From IMG/VR virus record IMGVR_UViG_3300045996_002625, positions 1 through 63,588 of that record: 63,588 bases of DNA; one strand, given 5' to 3'. Position 1 is the stretch's first letter. Each line of letters starts with the position of its first letter. This document shows, piece after piece, positions 9,048-19,187 of this stretch. The position numbers and the translations under genes are program-made. This DNA comes from a virus (taxonomy: Duplodnaviria > Caudoviricetes). The notes beneath the pieces are model-generated. The model was not told the DNA's origin. It did no database searches and was given only the letters and a program-made list of their open reading frames with translations.

Positions 9048-10320
9048 ATCCCCGACCGCCATCGATCGCGCCATCACGGACCTCGACGACGACGCAGCCA
9101 GGAAGTTCTTGAAGGAACACGTCGCCTACAACAACGCCGGCGTGACCTTCAATGGAGAGTTCACCTTCGAGGAATGGAAGGCCGGCTACGACTTCCACAC
9201 GGCGCTGCGCAACCGCAGCAGATGGATCATCGGCGACTTCCTCGTGGCCGGCCAGAGGTTCGGAGAGCGATACACCCAAGCCATCGAGATCACCGGACGC
9301 ACCTACAGCGACCTTACCACCCTCGCGAGCGTCTGCGAACGCTTCAGCGACCACAATCGGCGGCGCCACGAACTCGCCTTCGACTACCACTCCGCCGTCG
9401 CCTACCTGCCCTACCAGGAAGCCGACCGACTCCTCGACGAGTGCATCAAGCTCCACTGGGACCGCGAGACGCTGCGCGACAAGGTAGCGACCCTCAACGA
9501 ACTGGCTGGGAGGCCGACCAAGCGCAAAAAGAAGGGGATCGGCGTAAAGATTTTGCCGCCCGCAGCAAATCAGACCACGATCGACGTAGAGGCCACAGTC
9601 GAGAAGGAGAAGCCAAAGCCCCTCTTCTGGAACGGACACACCCTCGCGACCAAGGACAACGCTCTCTACTACGGATCCGAGCGCATTGACCCGCCCAACG
9701 ACGACGCCTGCGCCCATCACCACAAATTCCCGCATGCCCAAGGACTGCTCCGATGGCTGAGGGAGAACGATTTCACCGACGTCCCAGAGAGCCGGTTCCT
9801 CACAGCGAAAGAGCGCCCAACGCTTTGGAAAGGCCACCAACTCCAAGCCGGCCGAAGCAACAGTCAAACCGGGCACATGAAGCTCTACTGCGGCCCGATC
9901 CTGATCGAACTCGACGAATACGAGAAGGTCGCCACCGAACTCGGATTCTCCAACACCGCGGAACTCGTCCAGCACCTCCTCGAGAACGGCCACCAATACT
10001 CACGCAACCAGACCCCGCCTCCAGCCACGCCCAAGCTCGAGGGAATCAGCGAATCCGCCACCGCGCCATCCGCATCCCAACCGCCCGCGCCAGAGCCCAC
10101 CGGACGCCGCACAGGCCCGCCAGGCGAAGCCAGCGACCCAGCAGCGCAGCAGAGCCTCGAGCAGCAGGCCGAGGAGCACATCCGCGCCTTCAACGACCTC
10201 AGCCAGAAAATCGACTGGGCCGGCTTTCCGAAGCTCAAACGGTCAAAATGGCTGCAGAAACTCCTCCTCCGCGCCGACGAGGTGATCGACATCCTCAGCA
10301 ATACCCCGCTGCCAAAATGA
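9040..10320 (+). CDS. LmbU-family DNA-binding protein with C-terminal extension
   Basis: TFEEW..RWIIGDFLVAG..GERYTQAI..RRRHELAFDYHSAVAYLP..W...LR matches the LmbU pattern. Confidence 0.72.
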   Translation: MSKSPTAIDRAITDLDDDAARKFLKEHVAYNNAGVTFNGEFTFEEWKAGYDFHTALRNRSRWIIGDFLVAGQRFGERYTQAIEITGRTYSDLTTLASVCERFSDHNRRRHELAFDYHSAVAYLPYQEADRLLDECIKLHWDRETLRDKVATLNELAGRPTKRKKKGIGVKILPPAANQTTIDVEATVEKEKPKPLFWNGHTLATKDNALYYGSERIDPPNDDACAHHHKFPHAQGLLRWLRENDFTDVPESRFLTAKERPTLWKGHQLQAGRSNSQTGHMKLYCGPILIELDEYEKVATELGFSNTAELVQHLLENGHQYSRNQTPPPATPKLEGISESATAPSASQPPAPEPTGRRTGPPGEASDPAAQQSLEQQAEEHIRAFNDLSQKIDWAGFPKLKRSKWLQKLLLRADEVIDILSNTPLPK

Positions 10321-10637
10321 GCGACCCGCTTGAGCAATACAAAGACCTCGCCGAGCAACTGCGCCCGATCGAGGAGGAGGCCATGCGCATCAAGCTCGCG
10401 ATGCTGCCAGTCGTCGGGAGGATCGCGCTCAACATCGTCCGCGAAGCATTCCCCAACGCCACGCTGGTCACCATCCAAGCCGCGGCAGAGATCAAGCCCA
10501 GCGACTACGGCAACAGCGCGCGCGAAACCGTGAAGATCCTCCAAGACCGTGGCATCACTCCGAACCTGCTGATCTACGACCGCAACCGCCACGTGCTCGT
10601 CGTCGCCACCTCCGTGCCCGCGACAGCAAAAGCGTGA
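10317..10637 (+). CDS. Hypothetical protein
   Basis: ATGA-coupled ORF. Confidence 0.6.
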   Translation: MSDPLEQYKDLAEQLRPIEEEAMRIKLAMLPVVGRIALNIVREAFPNATLVTIQAAAEIKPSDYGNSARETVKILQDRGITPNLLIYDRNRHVLVVATSVPATAKA

Positions 10638-10668
10638 ACTATTCTGGGAAACCCGCTATCCATCTGCC

Positions 10669-10926
10669 ATGCCACGTAAACCCGCCATCGACGCACGCGC
10701 CGCAGAAGACAGCGAACTCCTGCACACCGCCATCCAAGCGATCATCGACGGAATGGGACGCGGAGGCCTCTCCCACGTCGCCGATCGCCTCGGGGTCACC
10801 CCGACGATGCTAAAGAAACGGCTGCGGATCCCTGGCAAAGCCTTCGACGCCCCAACGCTTCGCGCCGCCGCCCTCATCCTCGAGATCAGGAATGGACAGG
10901 AAGACCAGCATCCCGAGCAGCCCTGA
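10669..10926 (+). CDS. Small HTH (Cro-like) protein
   Basis: GGLSHVADRLGVTPTMLKKRL. Confidence 0.6.
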   Translation: MPRKPAIDARAAEDSELLHTAIQAIIDGMGRGGLSHVADRLGVTPTMLKKRLRIPGKAFDAPTLRAAALILEIRNGQEDQHPEQP

Positions 10927-11149
10927 GATACGCCGGTTCTTCGCCCTTCGGAAGAATGCCAGCGTCGGTGGAGAGCTTCACCAATCGATCGATCACCAGC
11001 CCCATCTGCAGTCGCCCGCCCACGTAGCAATCCTCCCACCCGTCAGCGTTCCCGGCCGCTTTCAATCGCGACCACGTTTCATTCAACAGCACAACGCGCT
11101 GCCGAGAAGACGGACGAGTGTTTCCGCGACCACCGGCCGCCGGATTCAT
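10886..11149 (-). CDS. Small protein, possibly ribbon-helix-helix-like
   Basis: Fills an otherwise empty gap; RQRVVLLNETWSRLK...MGLVIDRLV. Confidence 0.4.
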   Translation of the reverse strand: MNPAAGGRGNTRPSSRQRVVLLNETWSRLKAAGNADGWEDCYVGGRLQMGLVIDRLVKLSTDAGILPKGEEPAYLRAARDAGLPVHS

Positions 11150-11220
11150 AGGGGAAATAGGCGATGCATGGGAATTCCATTTATCCAAACGGACCAATTC
11201 TGTCAACCAACAGCACACCG

Positions 11221-12774
11221 ATGAACAGCCGCCACTTCCAATTCGACGAAATCAACTTCGCCAAATACAACCCCCGCGTCTCCCTCAAGCCAGCCGACAA
11301 GGAATACCAGGACATCCGCAGCAGCCTTCAAGAATTCGGATACCTCGGCGGAGGCGTGGTAAACGTCCGGACCAACACCCTCGTGGGAGGACACCAGCGC
11401 GTCACCGTTATGCGCGACATGGGGCAGACCGGCGCCGACTTCGCCACCGTCGACCTCGACCCGATCGCCGAGAAGCGCCTCAACCTCATCCTCAACAAAG
11501 TCGGAGGACGCTGGCACACCCCGGCCCTTGAAGAACTTCTAAACGAACTCCAAGGCAGCGGGGTTGATCTCGAATCGCTCGGATTCAAAGCGGAAGAACT
11601 CGACAACATCCTCAAGCCGAGCAGCAAGATAGAGGCTGCGCGCAGAACCCTGGCCGAGCGCTTTATGGTCCCGCCATTCAGCGTGCTCAACGCCAGGGAG
11701 GGATGGTGGCAGACGAGAAAGGAGGCGTGGATCAACCTCGGAATTCAAAGCGAACTCGGAAGAGGCGCTGGAGCAGAACCGGGCGGATCCAAAATGCCAG
11801 CGGTGAACAAAAGCACCGGTCGCATAGCCAGGAGCGACAGCCGAGCAAAGGCAATCCCAGGAACGGACGCCAAGAGGAACCTCACGTGGGTCCAAGGAGG
11901 ATCAAAAGATGAGACGAGCGGCAAGATTCTTGCCAGCGGACGACGAGCGGGTTCCGAAGTCTTCGGAACCCACGGAAACGCGAGCGACCAAACCGGGACG
12001 AGCATATTCGACCCAGTTCTGACAGAACTTTGCTACCGCTGGTTTTGCCCTCCAACCGGAACGATACTCGATCCATTCGCAGGAGGGAGCGTCCGCGGAA
12101 TCGTGGCCAATTACATCGGACGGGACTACCACGGGATCGATCTTCGCCCCGAGCAGGTCGCCGCAAATGTGGATCAAGCAAAATCTATTTTCGGGAGAAA
12201 GAGGAAGCCGACGTGGACGATCGGAGACAGCAGCGTTGCCCTGAATGAAGCTCCACCCTCAGACTTCGTCTTCTCTTGCCCGCCATACGCCGACCTCGAG
12301 GTTTACAGCGACGACCCGAGCGATCTCTCCGTCATCGCAAAAGGCGACTACCGAGCCTTCCTTTCAATTTACCGGGACATTATCGCCAAAAGCATGGCTC
12401 GATTGAAAAACAATCGATTCGCGTGCTTCGTCGTAGGAGAAGTTCGCGATCAGCAGGGAAACTACCGAGACTTCGTTGGCGATACCATCCAGGCGTTCCG
12501 AGACGCCGGCGCCGAATACTACAATGAGGCCATTCTCGTCACGGCAGCAGGAAGCCTCCCGATCCGAGCCGGAAAGCAATTTGACGCCAGTCGGAAACTC
12601 GGGAAAACACATCAGAACGTTCTCGTCTTCCAAAAGGGACTCGTCTTCGTCAAGGGCAGCGGAAAGAAGGCAGCCGGAATCTGCGGGGAGGTCCAAGTCG
12701 ACGAATCTCTATTCTGGGCCGAGGTTGAAAACGCCGCAGCCGCAGAAAACGGGATATCCGACGAACCCAAATAA
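11221..12774 (+). CDS. ParB-like domain fused to an amino (N6A/N4C) DNA methyltransferase
   Basis: YNPR...LVGGHQR ParB-N domain; ILDPFAGGSVRG SAM motif; FSCPPY catalytic motif. Confidence 0.9.
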   Translation: MNSRHFQFDEINFAKYNPRVSLKPADKEYQDIRSSLQEFGYLGGGVVNVRTNTLVGGHQRVTVMRDMGQTGADFATVDLDPIAEKRLNLILNKVGGRWHTPALEELLNELQGSGVDLESLGFKAEELDNILKPSSKIEAARRTLAERFMVPPFSVLNAREGWWQTRKEAWINLGIQSELGRGAGAEPGGSKMPAVNKSTGRIARSDSRAKAIPGTDAKRNLTWVQGGSKDETSGKILASGRRAGSEVFGTHGNASDQTGTSIFDPVLTELCYRWFCPPTGTILDPFAGGSVRGIVANYIGRDYHGIDLRPEQVAANVDQAKSIFGRKRKPTWTIGDSSVALNEAPPSDFVFSCPPYADLEVYSDDPSDLSVIAKGDYRAFLSIYRDIIAKSMARLKNNRFACFVVGEVRDQQGNYRDFVGDTIQAFRDAGAEYYNEAILVTAAGSLPIRAGKQFDASRKLGKTHQNVLVFQKGLVFVKGSGKKAAGICGEVQVDESLFWAEVENAAAAENGISDEPK

Positions 12775-12778
12775 CCGC

Positions 12779-12806
12779 TTGCCAAACAACGGGAAATCCC
12801 GATACT
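12779..12806 (+). promoter_or_regulatory. Conserved promoter/operator copy 2
   Basis: TTGCCA aacaacgggaaatccc GATACT. Confidence 0.75.
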
Positions 12807-12813
12807 GAAAGCC

Positions 12814-13062
12814 ATGAAGCCATACGGCCACGAGCGCGAAACATTTCCGTATTGGAAAGTCCAATTCTACCGACCCGAGCAGATCGCTTGGTTTGACATC
12901 CAACAGAAGTTCACGAACCAGGCCGAAGCCGAGGATGTGGCAAGACTTCACCGCAGCAAGGGAAAGCGAGCAAGGCTCATGCAAATCGAAAGGTCCGGAA
13001 GAACCCCACTCCCAGAACCAGAATCTCCCGAAACCCGCACACCAAGAGCGATCGCAGGCTGA
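12814..13062 (+). CDS. Hypothetical protein
   Basis: ATG 7 nt after the conserved -10 box. Confidence 0.6.
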   Translation: MKPYGHERETFPYWKVQFYRPEQIAWFDIQQKFTNQAEAEDVARLHRSKGKRARLMQIERSGRTPLPEPESPETRTPRAIAG

Positions 13063-13121
13063 TCGCTCCCCGGCGAAGGACATCCACTTCGCCGGCCGCG
13101 ATTAACCAGCACCCCACATCC

Positions 13122-13634
13122 ATGGCCAAAAAACGAAAGCCTCCCAAAAAAAAGGGACCGCCCAAACCCCTCGGCCGCAAACCAGACATCTCAGAAGCCC
13201 AAATCTCCAACCTCGTCACACTCATCTCCAACTGCACCTCCTACAAAACAGCCTGCGAAGCCTCAGGCCTCGGAGAAGCCACTTTCCACAGATGGATGGC
13301 CGCAGCACTCGAAGAGAACGCCAAGCCCTGCTACGTGGAATTCCGAGAGCGCATTACGCAGGCGCGCGGCATTGCCAAGGCTTCGATGATCAAACACGTG
13401 GTGAGCAAAGCCCCCGACGACTGGCGGGCGGCCACGTGGCTCCTTGAGCGCACCGCGCACGATGAATACGGGGACAAGAGCAAGATCAACGTCGAGCACC
13501 AAGGAGCCATCCAGCACGACCACACGCACAAGCAGATCGTGGTCGTACTCCCCCCAGCGATCGCGGCGCCGAAGCCGATCCGGAGGATTGAAGCGACCAG
13601 TGAACCAGTGAAACCAGAGAACCCAGCATCATGA
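13122..13634 (+). CDS. Putative terminase small subunit
   Basis: HTH (KTACEASGLGEATFHRW) plus DWRAATWLLER..EYG motif. Confidence 0.7.
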   Translation: MAKKRKPPKKKGPPKPLGRKPDISEAQISNLVTLISNCTSYKTACEASGLGEATFHRWMAAALEENAKPCYVEFRERITQARGIAKASMIKHVVSKAPDDWRAATWLLERTAHDEYGDKSKINVEHQGAIQHDHTHKQIVVVLPPAIAAPKPIRRIEATSEPVKPENPAS

Positions 13635-14083
13635 AAACACCAGCAGCCGAAGAACCAAACCCAACATCCGCACCCGAGCCCCGATTCAAAAGGGGCGATT
13701 GGGTATTCTGCGCCTTCAAACTTCAGCAAGTGGAGGAAACCGAAGAGGATCGAATCACTGGTGTCAGCGACGGATTCGTCAACCACGGGGGGCACGATCT
13801 ATCTAAACTGTGCTTCCCCGTCGAAATGAAGATCAAAGGGATCTCCGACAACTTCGCCGCGGCCAAGGGCAGACTCCGCAGCGAGGGCTTGCCCAATCTG
13901 AACTTCCCCGACATCCAGCGCTGGCTGGAAATCAAATGGGCCACTGCGTGCCAGAACAAGGACGACGAGAAAACCGTCAATGCGGCAATTCAAGACCTCG
14001 ACCTATTCGTTCGCGAAATCCTTATCAAATGCCGCGACATCCGGCAGGAGTCCGTCGATGGCGTGTACCTCATCCGCCGGTAA
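13631..14083 (+). CDS. Hypothetical protein
   Basis: 150-aa coupled ORF. Confidence 0.65.
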   Translation: MKTPAAEEPNPTSAPEPRFKRGDWVFCAFKLQQVEETEEDRITGVSDGFVNHGGHDLSKLCFPVEMKIKGISDNFAAAKGRLRSEGLPNLNFPDIQRWLEIKWATACQNKDDEKTVNAAIQDLDLFVREILIKCRDIRQESVDGVYLIRR

Positions 14084-14109
14084 TCCAACCCCCGACCAAG
14101 CCCAGCATC

Positions 14110-14688
14110 ATGAAAATGTCACCCGAACAGAAAGAGGAGAACATCGCCGCGTTTGCCGCCCTCGGAGAGGGCAACCCCGTCCAATATTGGCATGACCCAA
14201 CACCAGCGAATCCGCATGCCGAATGGAGGGACACCGACGGAGTCGACTGGAACTGGCTCCACCGCCCCAAGCCCGGGCATGAGCTCCAGCAGTATCAGAT
14301 CGACGACAAAGCCTTCGGAGACTGGTGGGACGGCGAGCGCACGGTACAAAACTCCTCCATCGAGATCGCGCACGACGCATGGAGGAAGGCTCTCGAATGG
14401 GAGCGCCTGCGCAACATCCCCGAGCAGACGGAGATTGCCGCCGGCAGCAATCCTCCAACCAAATGGATGGGCCGCCTTGAGCCCAACACCTCGATCCCAT
14501 ACGTCCCGACGCGCCTCGACCACCTCCGCCCACCGAGGCTGATCAACGACCCGAACGTCGTCGACGCCAGCTTCGACATCGAGGCCAGCTACGGTCCAAA
14601 CATCCACATCGGCCCCGACATCGAGATCAACGTCCCCGAATCCACCCTGCGCGCCATCAGCGCCGCCAAAGACAACCAGAGCGCGTGA
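14110..14688 (+). CDS. Hypothetical protein
   Basis: ORF in operon. Confidence 0.6.
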   Translation: MKMSPEQKEENIAAFAALGEGNPVQYWHDPTPANPHAEWRDTDGVDWNWLHRPKPGHELQQYQIDDKAFGDWWDGERTVQNSSIEIAHDAWRKALEWERLRNIPEQTEIAAGSNPPTKWMGRLEPNTSIPYVPTRLDHLRPPRLINDPNVVDASFDIEASYGPNIHIGPDIEINVPESTLRAISAAKDNQSA

Positions 14689-15230
14689 TGATCATCAACC
14701 CCAACGAAGACAGCCGCCCGCGCGACCCCGAGCAGTTCAAGCCCATCCGGAGCGGCAAGGGCGAACTCATGGGATTCAACATCGTCGGCAAGCGCTGGCT
14801 CCAGATCCGCGACATCTTCGCCGAGCACGGCCCCACCGACCGGCTCCTGCTCGCCCTCGAGATCGGCCACGGCATCAAGATTCACGACGTCACCTTCGCC
14901 CCCGGGCACTGGTACCGCCTCACGCCAGGCGAAGGCTGGAACGAGATCGACCCCATCATCCATGGCCGGCAGACCGGCGACCAATACGTCGGCACCCCGG
15001 AGAAGGCTGCAGAGCTCAACGCCCTCCGGCGCGAGGCGCTGAAGGACAACCTGCAGGAGAACCCCATCCTCTTCTTCGTCGTCAGCGAGGAGCAGAAGAT
15101 GATGATGGCCAAGCACGCCATCACCTCGCCGACCTGGCTCCAGATCCTCGGCACCAGCGAAGTCATTGACACGAACGAGGAGCGCGCGGTGCAACGCTTC
15201 CGGCAACTGAAGGGCGACCCACGCGCATGA
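14685..15230 (+). CDS. Hypothetical protein
   Basis: 181-aa coupled ORF. Confidence 0.65.
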   Translation: MMIINPNEDSRPRDPEQFKPIRSGKGELMGFNIVGKRWLQIRDIFAEHGPTDRLLLALEIGHGIKIHDVTFAPGHWYRLTPGEGWNEIDPIIHGRQTGDQYVGTPEKAAELNALRREALKDNLQENPILFFVVSEEQKMMMAKHAITSPTWLQILGTSEVIDTNEERAVQRFRQLKGDPRA

Positions 15231-15532
15231 GAGCCCACGTGCTGATCATCGGACCAAGCTGCCTGCCATGCATCACGGCGCTCGCAGCAGCCAGCCTGCG
15301 CCCACCGCCGGCCATCGTGATCATCGACGACCAGCACGAAGACGCCTACGGCCACGCCAAGCACCGCCTCGAATGCTTCCGAAGCGAGGCGACGATCACA
15401 CTCGAGATGAAGAAGCTCACAGCTACCGCGGCAGAGGTAATGAAGCCCCCAGCGTCGATCCTCAGCAACCGGGAGCATCGGCGCCAGAAGCAACCCTTCT
15501 ACCGCGGATTGAATAAGTACCGGAAGCCATGA
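15227..15532 (+). CDS. Hypothetical protein
   Basis: Coupled ORF. Confidence 0.55.
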   Translation: MRAHVLIIGPSCLPCITALAAASLRPPPAIVIIDDQHEDAYGHAKHRLECFRSEATITLEMKKLTATAAEVMKPPASILSNREHRRQKQPFYRGLNKYRKP

Positions 15533-15774
15533 ACGCAAAGCAACGCCGCCGCCGTGACCACGCCAGGCGCATGGAGGAGCGGAGAGCCGCGAAGCGATTC
15601 CTGCGACTGAACCGCGGAAAGCCAACCGGGATCCTCGGCCTCTACGCCATGCTCGTGCTCGACCCCAACGCCAACAAGCCCGACCCGAGGTTCAACTGGT
15701 GGGAGCGCGATCCCATGCCCGATGAGAAGGCCGAGCAGCGAATAAAATTCGACCTTCGCCAAAAATACACCTGA
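15529..15774 (+). CDS. Hypothetical basic protein
   Basis: Coupled ORF. Confidence 0.55.
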   Translation: MNAKQRRRRDHARRMEERRAAKRFLRLNRGKPTGILGLYAMLVLDPNANKPDPRFNWWERDPMPDEKAEQRIKFDLRQKYT

Positions 15775-15809
15775 CCCGATCCGATCGCGATCGTTCCAGG
15801 ACTTTTCCC

Positions 15810-15837
15810 TTTACATACAACGGGGAATCACGATACT
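15810..15837 (+). promoter_or_regulatory. Conserved promoter/operator copy 3
   Basis: TTTACA tacaacggggaatcac GATACT. Confidence 0.72.
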
Positions 15838-15881
15838 CACGGAAAGATCGACGCAGATCCAGCCACCCACCCCGAGACTGT

Positions 15882-16271
15882 ATGAGCGAGACGAAAGAAA
15901 AGATGGCCCCAGTGCAGGGCTACTCCGCAGGAATCCCATGGGCGATGCACCTTCGCGCCTACGATGTTTACTGCAAACGATACGGACCACAGAAAGCACT
16001 GATAGAGGGCTGGTGCCGAGGTGGATTCGGCGTTGGAGAGTTAGATATGTTCATACCCGGCTGGCGGGAAGAGTTGGACGAGAGAACCAAATTTCGCGCC
16101 GACCTCGCCGCCCAGTCCGCGCTGCTGGAGGAGGCAAGAAAGGTCATCAAAGCAGCGACCGAAAAATCTGTGTCCTATGGACCGTGGGAGCACCGCATCC
16201 CAAACTCCCAGTTCAAGAAACTAGAAGCTCTCCTCACCAAGCTCCCGAATCCCACGAACGAAGGAAAGTAA
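15882..16271 (+). CDS. Hypothetical protein
   Basis: Follows the conserved promoter; IPWAMHLRAY..RGGFG motif. Confidence 0.65.
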   Translation: MSETKEKMAPVQGYSAGIPWAMHLRAYDVYCKRYGPQKALIEGWCRGGFGVGELDMFIPGWREELDERTKFRADLAAQSALLEEARKVIKAATEKSVSYGPWEHRIPNSQFKKLEALLTKLPNPTNEGK

Positions 16272-16276
16272 CGACT

Positions 16277-16729
16277 ATGAAATCCAGGCAAGACCGAATC
16301 GACTTCGACCGCAACTACTGCGAGAACTACAAGCCTGAGCCGAGTAGCTTAAAGGCTGACTATTGCGCCTTGGGCTGTGGAGCGAGTGAGATGATGGCAA
16401 AGGCGAGAGCGGCAGGAGAGCCGAACATGACCCCGTGCATCGGCGGCCACAAAGCATCGGACGTTCTCGCCCTCTGTCCGAAGTGGGTTCGCCGATCACT
16501 GGAGCATGCCGAGGCTCGGGCCGACGCTATCCAAGATATGTTGGATAGAATGGCAATCGTGATGCCCGTGGTCAGCAAATGGCGAATCAAACCGAAGCCA
16601 GCGACTGATCGGCGAGAGGTTATCGAGTGCCCAAAGTGCAAGGGACGGCTACACCTTAGTCAGTCCTCCTACAACGGACACGTCCACGGACGCTGCGAAA
16701 CAGAGGGCTGCGTGTCATGGATGGAATGA
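16277..16729 (+). CDS. Zn-binding phage protein
   Basis: CPKCKGRLH...NGHVHGRCETEGCVSWME. Confidence 0.7.
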   Translation: MKSRQDRIDFDRNYCENYKPEPSSLKADYCALGCGASEMMAKARAAGEPNMTPCIGGHKASDVLALCPKWVRRSLEHAEARADAIQDMLDRMAIVMPVVSKWRIKPKPATDRREVIECPKCKGRLHLSQSSYNGHVHGRCETEGCVSWME

Positions 16730-16766
16730 CCAACTCCACGAACGAACCCCAGCCGGAGAAGACGAT

Positions 16767-17048
16767 ATGAACAACGAAACCGAACCCGATCCGCAGCAAA
16801 TCTCTGCCACTCAATACCTCTACAGCCTAAGCTATCTTCGTCACCACGGCGAGAATCGGGACCGCTACGAAGAGTTCATCGTGGCTACCTCATGGGAAGA
16901 GGCGGCGCGCTACTGGCACTTGGAATTTCAAGACCAAGGCGTCGAGGTTGAAAAGATGCAGCGACACGTCCCTGTGATCACGACGGACCCTAATCGTTCC
17001 CGACAATACCCTCCAACCCAACCCCAGCCCGAAGGAACAAAGCCATGA
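16767..17048 (+). CDS. Hypothetical protein
   Basis: 93-aa ORF. Confidence 0.55.
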   Translation: MNNETEPDPQQISATQYLYSLSYLRHHGENRDRYEEFIVATSWEEAARYWHLEFQDQGVEVEKMQRHVPVITTDPNRSRQYPPTQPQPEGTKP

Positions 17049-17779
17049 GCGACTACAACGAACGGGCCTGCACTAAATGCGGGAGCCTCTTGCATCACGA
17101 GGACGACTGCAACCAAGCCATGACGATCCCACCCGATGCTCCGATGCCGTGCCCGTTTTGCGGCGCTAAGTTGCTACTGACTATTGAGTCGGTTCCGCAG
17201 ACGAACGGAAACAAGCGATTCATTCGATGCGCTCAATGCTACTCATGCGGGCCGCAGCAATCCGTCATCCATGGCCGCGATCCATTTGAACTGTGGAACT
17301 CACGCACCCCCTCCACCCCGCCAGCACGGGAGAACGCGGGGGAGATAAAGCAAGAGATTGACGACATGCTGCGTCGAAACGGGTGGGAGCCCTCCCCATC
17401 GCCCACCCCGCAGCTTGAGGAGTTGGCGACAAAGCTGGCGCGCGAGTTAGTTCCGCAATGGATGAACCCGCAGTATTATGCGCAATATCGGGACGCGAAA
17501 CGCATCTGCCTAACCGCCCTCAAGTCCGCCGGCGAGGCGGGGGAGAGGGAGCACGCGAGGAAGGTTGAAGAGTTGATCGTAGCGGTATCGCACGCTCGTC
17601 ACGGAGTTTCTGGACTATGCTGCCAGCTTCGTAAAGAAGCCGTGGACGCCGCCAACGAGCATATCCGAAAGGAAGCCGATGCACGACAGGAAGCCACTCT
17701 GCTCCGCGCCCAGCTCGCCTCCGTGTCTGCGGAGAAGGAAGCTCTTGCGGCCCAACTCGCGAAGGGAGGAGGGAAGTGA
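17045..17779 (+). CDS. Protein with Lar-like (restriction alleviation) Zn ribbon
   Basis: PCPFCG...CAQC...WNSR pattern. Confidence 0.6.
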   Translation: MSDYNERACTKCGSLLHHEDDCNQAMTIPPDAPMPCPFCGAKLLLTIESVPQTNGNKRFIRCAQCYSCGPQQSVIHGRDPFELWNSRTPSTPPARENAGEIKQEIDDMLRRNGWEPSPSPTPQLEELATKLARELVPQWMNPQYYAQYRDAKRICLTALKSAGEAGEREHARKVEELIVAVSHARHGVSGLCCQLRKEAVDAANEHIRKEADARQEATLLRAQLASVSAEKEALAAQLAKGGGK

Positions 17780-17925
17780 AAGACTTCACGTCGCTCTTAG
17801 TGTTCGCCGGATGGATTTGCGGCATCGTGATCGCGAAGGGATTCTGGAGCACTTTCTTTGCGGTCACCGTTCCTCCTTACGCATTCTACCTTGTAGCGGA
17901 AAAACTACTCACGCCGTTCCTCTAA
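17776..17925 (+). CDS. Small membrane protein
   Basis: 49 aa, hydrophobic (WICGIVIAKGFWSTFFAV..PYAFYLV); GTGA-coupled. Confidence 0.55.
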   Translation: MKDFTSLLVFAGWICGIVIAKGFWSTFFAVTVPPYAFYLVAEKLLTPFL

Positions 17926-17936
17926 CCCACCCACCC

Positions 17937-19052
17937 ATGACTGACGACCAAAACGAGACGCCACACGATAGCGAAGATACCCCCTTGGCGACAGCAGCCG
18001 CCGAGTGGATAGAGGAGATTCGATGCTTCTACGTTTCACTTGGCGATGCTCGCAACATTGAACGGAAGCTGAACGCCGCCCTCGCGAAGCTCAAGGAGGC
18101 GGAGAAAGAAAAAGCAACCCTTCGTCTCGCGAGCCTTAAACATGCGGAAGTTGTAGAATCTAGGCTCACCCAAGTCACCCGCGAGAGGGATGAAGCGAAG
18201 ATTCGCCAACAAGAAACCATCGCTATGTGCGCGCAACTGGAGGAGGAACTCGCCACAGCCAAACGGGAACGAGATCATGCGCAGGCTCTTCTCAAAGAAA
18301 CTCAAAGCTCTCTTGTGTTCTCCCAAAAAGAACGCTACGCGCTTTCTGGAGAACTCTCTGCGGTCAAACAGGAACGGGATGAGCTGAAGAGGGAGTTGGA
18401 TTGGCAGAACAACCGGAACAGCGGACACCCGACGAAAGGCGGATTCGAGTTCTACATCAACGAGGAATGGACGGGGTTGGCAAACGCGGCCTTGGACGCC
18501 TACTATGGATGGCACGCCGCATTGAGGAAGAATCGAATCGACCCAGATGACGAGCGAGTGAGGATTCGCCGAGTTGTTGAGGACGACGCAATCCTAGCCG
18601 AACTCTCCCGCCTGCAAGCGGCGTGCGGGGAGAAGGACCGGGCGCTTGGTCGAATCTGGAAATGGTTTGATGAGTTCCCGGTAACGGGTCGAACATGGGA
18701 TGACGGCTCTCCAATGAGCTACGGTGCGTGCTATGGCAGCAATGGAGAGCGCGACTACATGAGGCAAATTGCTCATGCAGCCCTCGCCACCTCCGGCGAC
18801 ACGCTGGGGGAGGAGGGGAAGAGCGAATCTGCCAGAATCTTGCCGCGCGTAATCGCGGCTCTCAAGGAAGCCTATGCCAACGCTCATCAATGCGACCTGA
18901 GTGATCGCTGCCCCGGCTGTATGGCTGGATATGCGCTCGAAGACCTCACGGGCCGCAAGTGGACACAGGAAGAGTGCGAAAATGAATCGGCCGCCGCATC
19001 ACCCCAAGAGTGCGCAGGCTTGCCGATGGAGGGGCGGGAGCCCAGCACTTAA
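17937..19052 (+). CDS. Coiled-coil mosaic hypothetical protein
   Basis: Repeated ERD heptad segments. Confidence 0.65.
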   Translation: MTDDQNETPHDSEDTPLATAAAEWIEEIRCFYVSLGDARNIERKLNAALAKLKEAEKEKATLRLASLKHAEVVESRLTQVTRERDEAKIRQQETIAMCAQLEEELATAKRERDHAQALLKETQSSLVFSQKERYALSGELSAVKQERDELKRELDWQNNRNSGHPTKGGFEFYINEEWTGLANAALDAYYGWHAALRKNRIDPDDERVRIRRVVEDDAILAELSRLQAACGEKDRALGRIWKWFDEFPVTGRTWDDGSPMSYGACYGSNGERDYMRQIAHAALATSGDTLGEEGKSESARILPRVIAALKEAYANAHQCDLSDRCPGCMAGYALEDLTGRKWTQEECENESAAASPQECAGLPMEGREPST

Positions 19053-19187
19053 ATGACCACTTTTGCGCGGCAAGAGACAGCCAGGCAGCCCCAATTACGC
19101 GTCAAAGGGTTTGGCGGAACGGGGTCAGCCGAGATCGCCCCTCATTGAGGACGCGACGCGCAAATCCTTTCAACACCCAATCCACCA

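Noticed and set aside
11221-12774. ParABS plasmid partition system
   Set aside because: The ParB-like domain is fused to a methyltransferase, a common phage fusion, and no ParA was found
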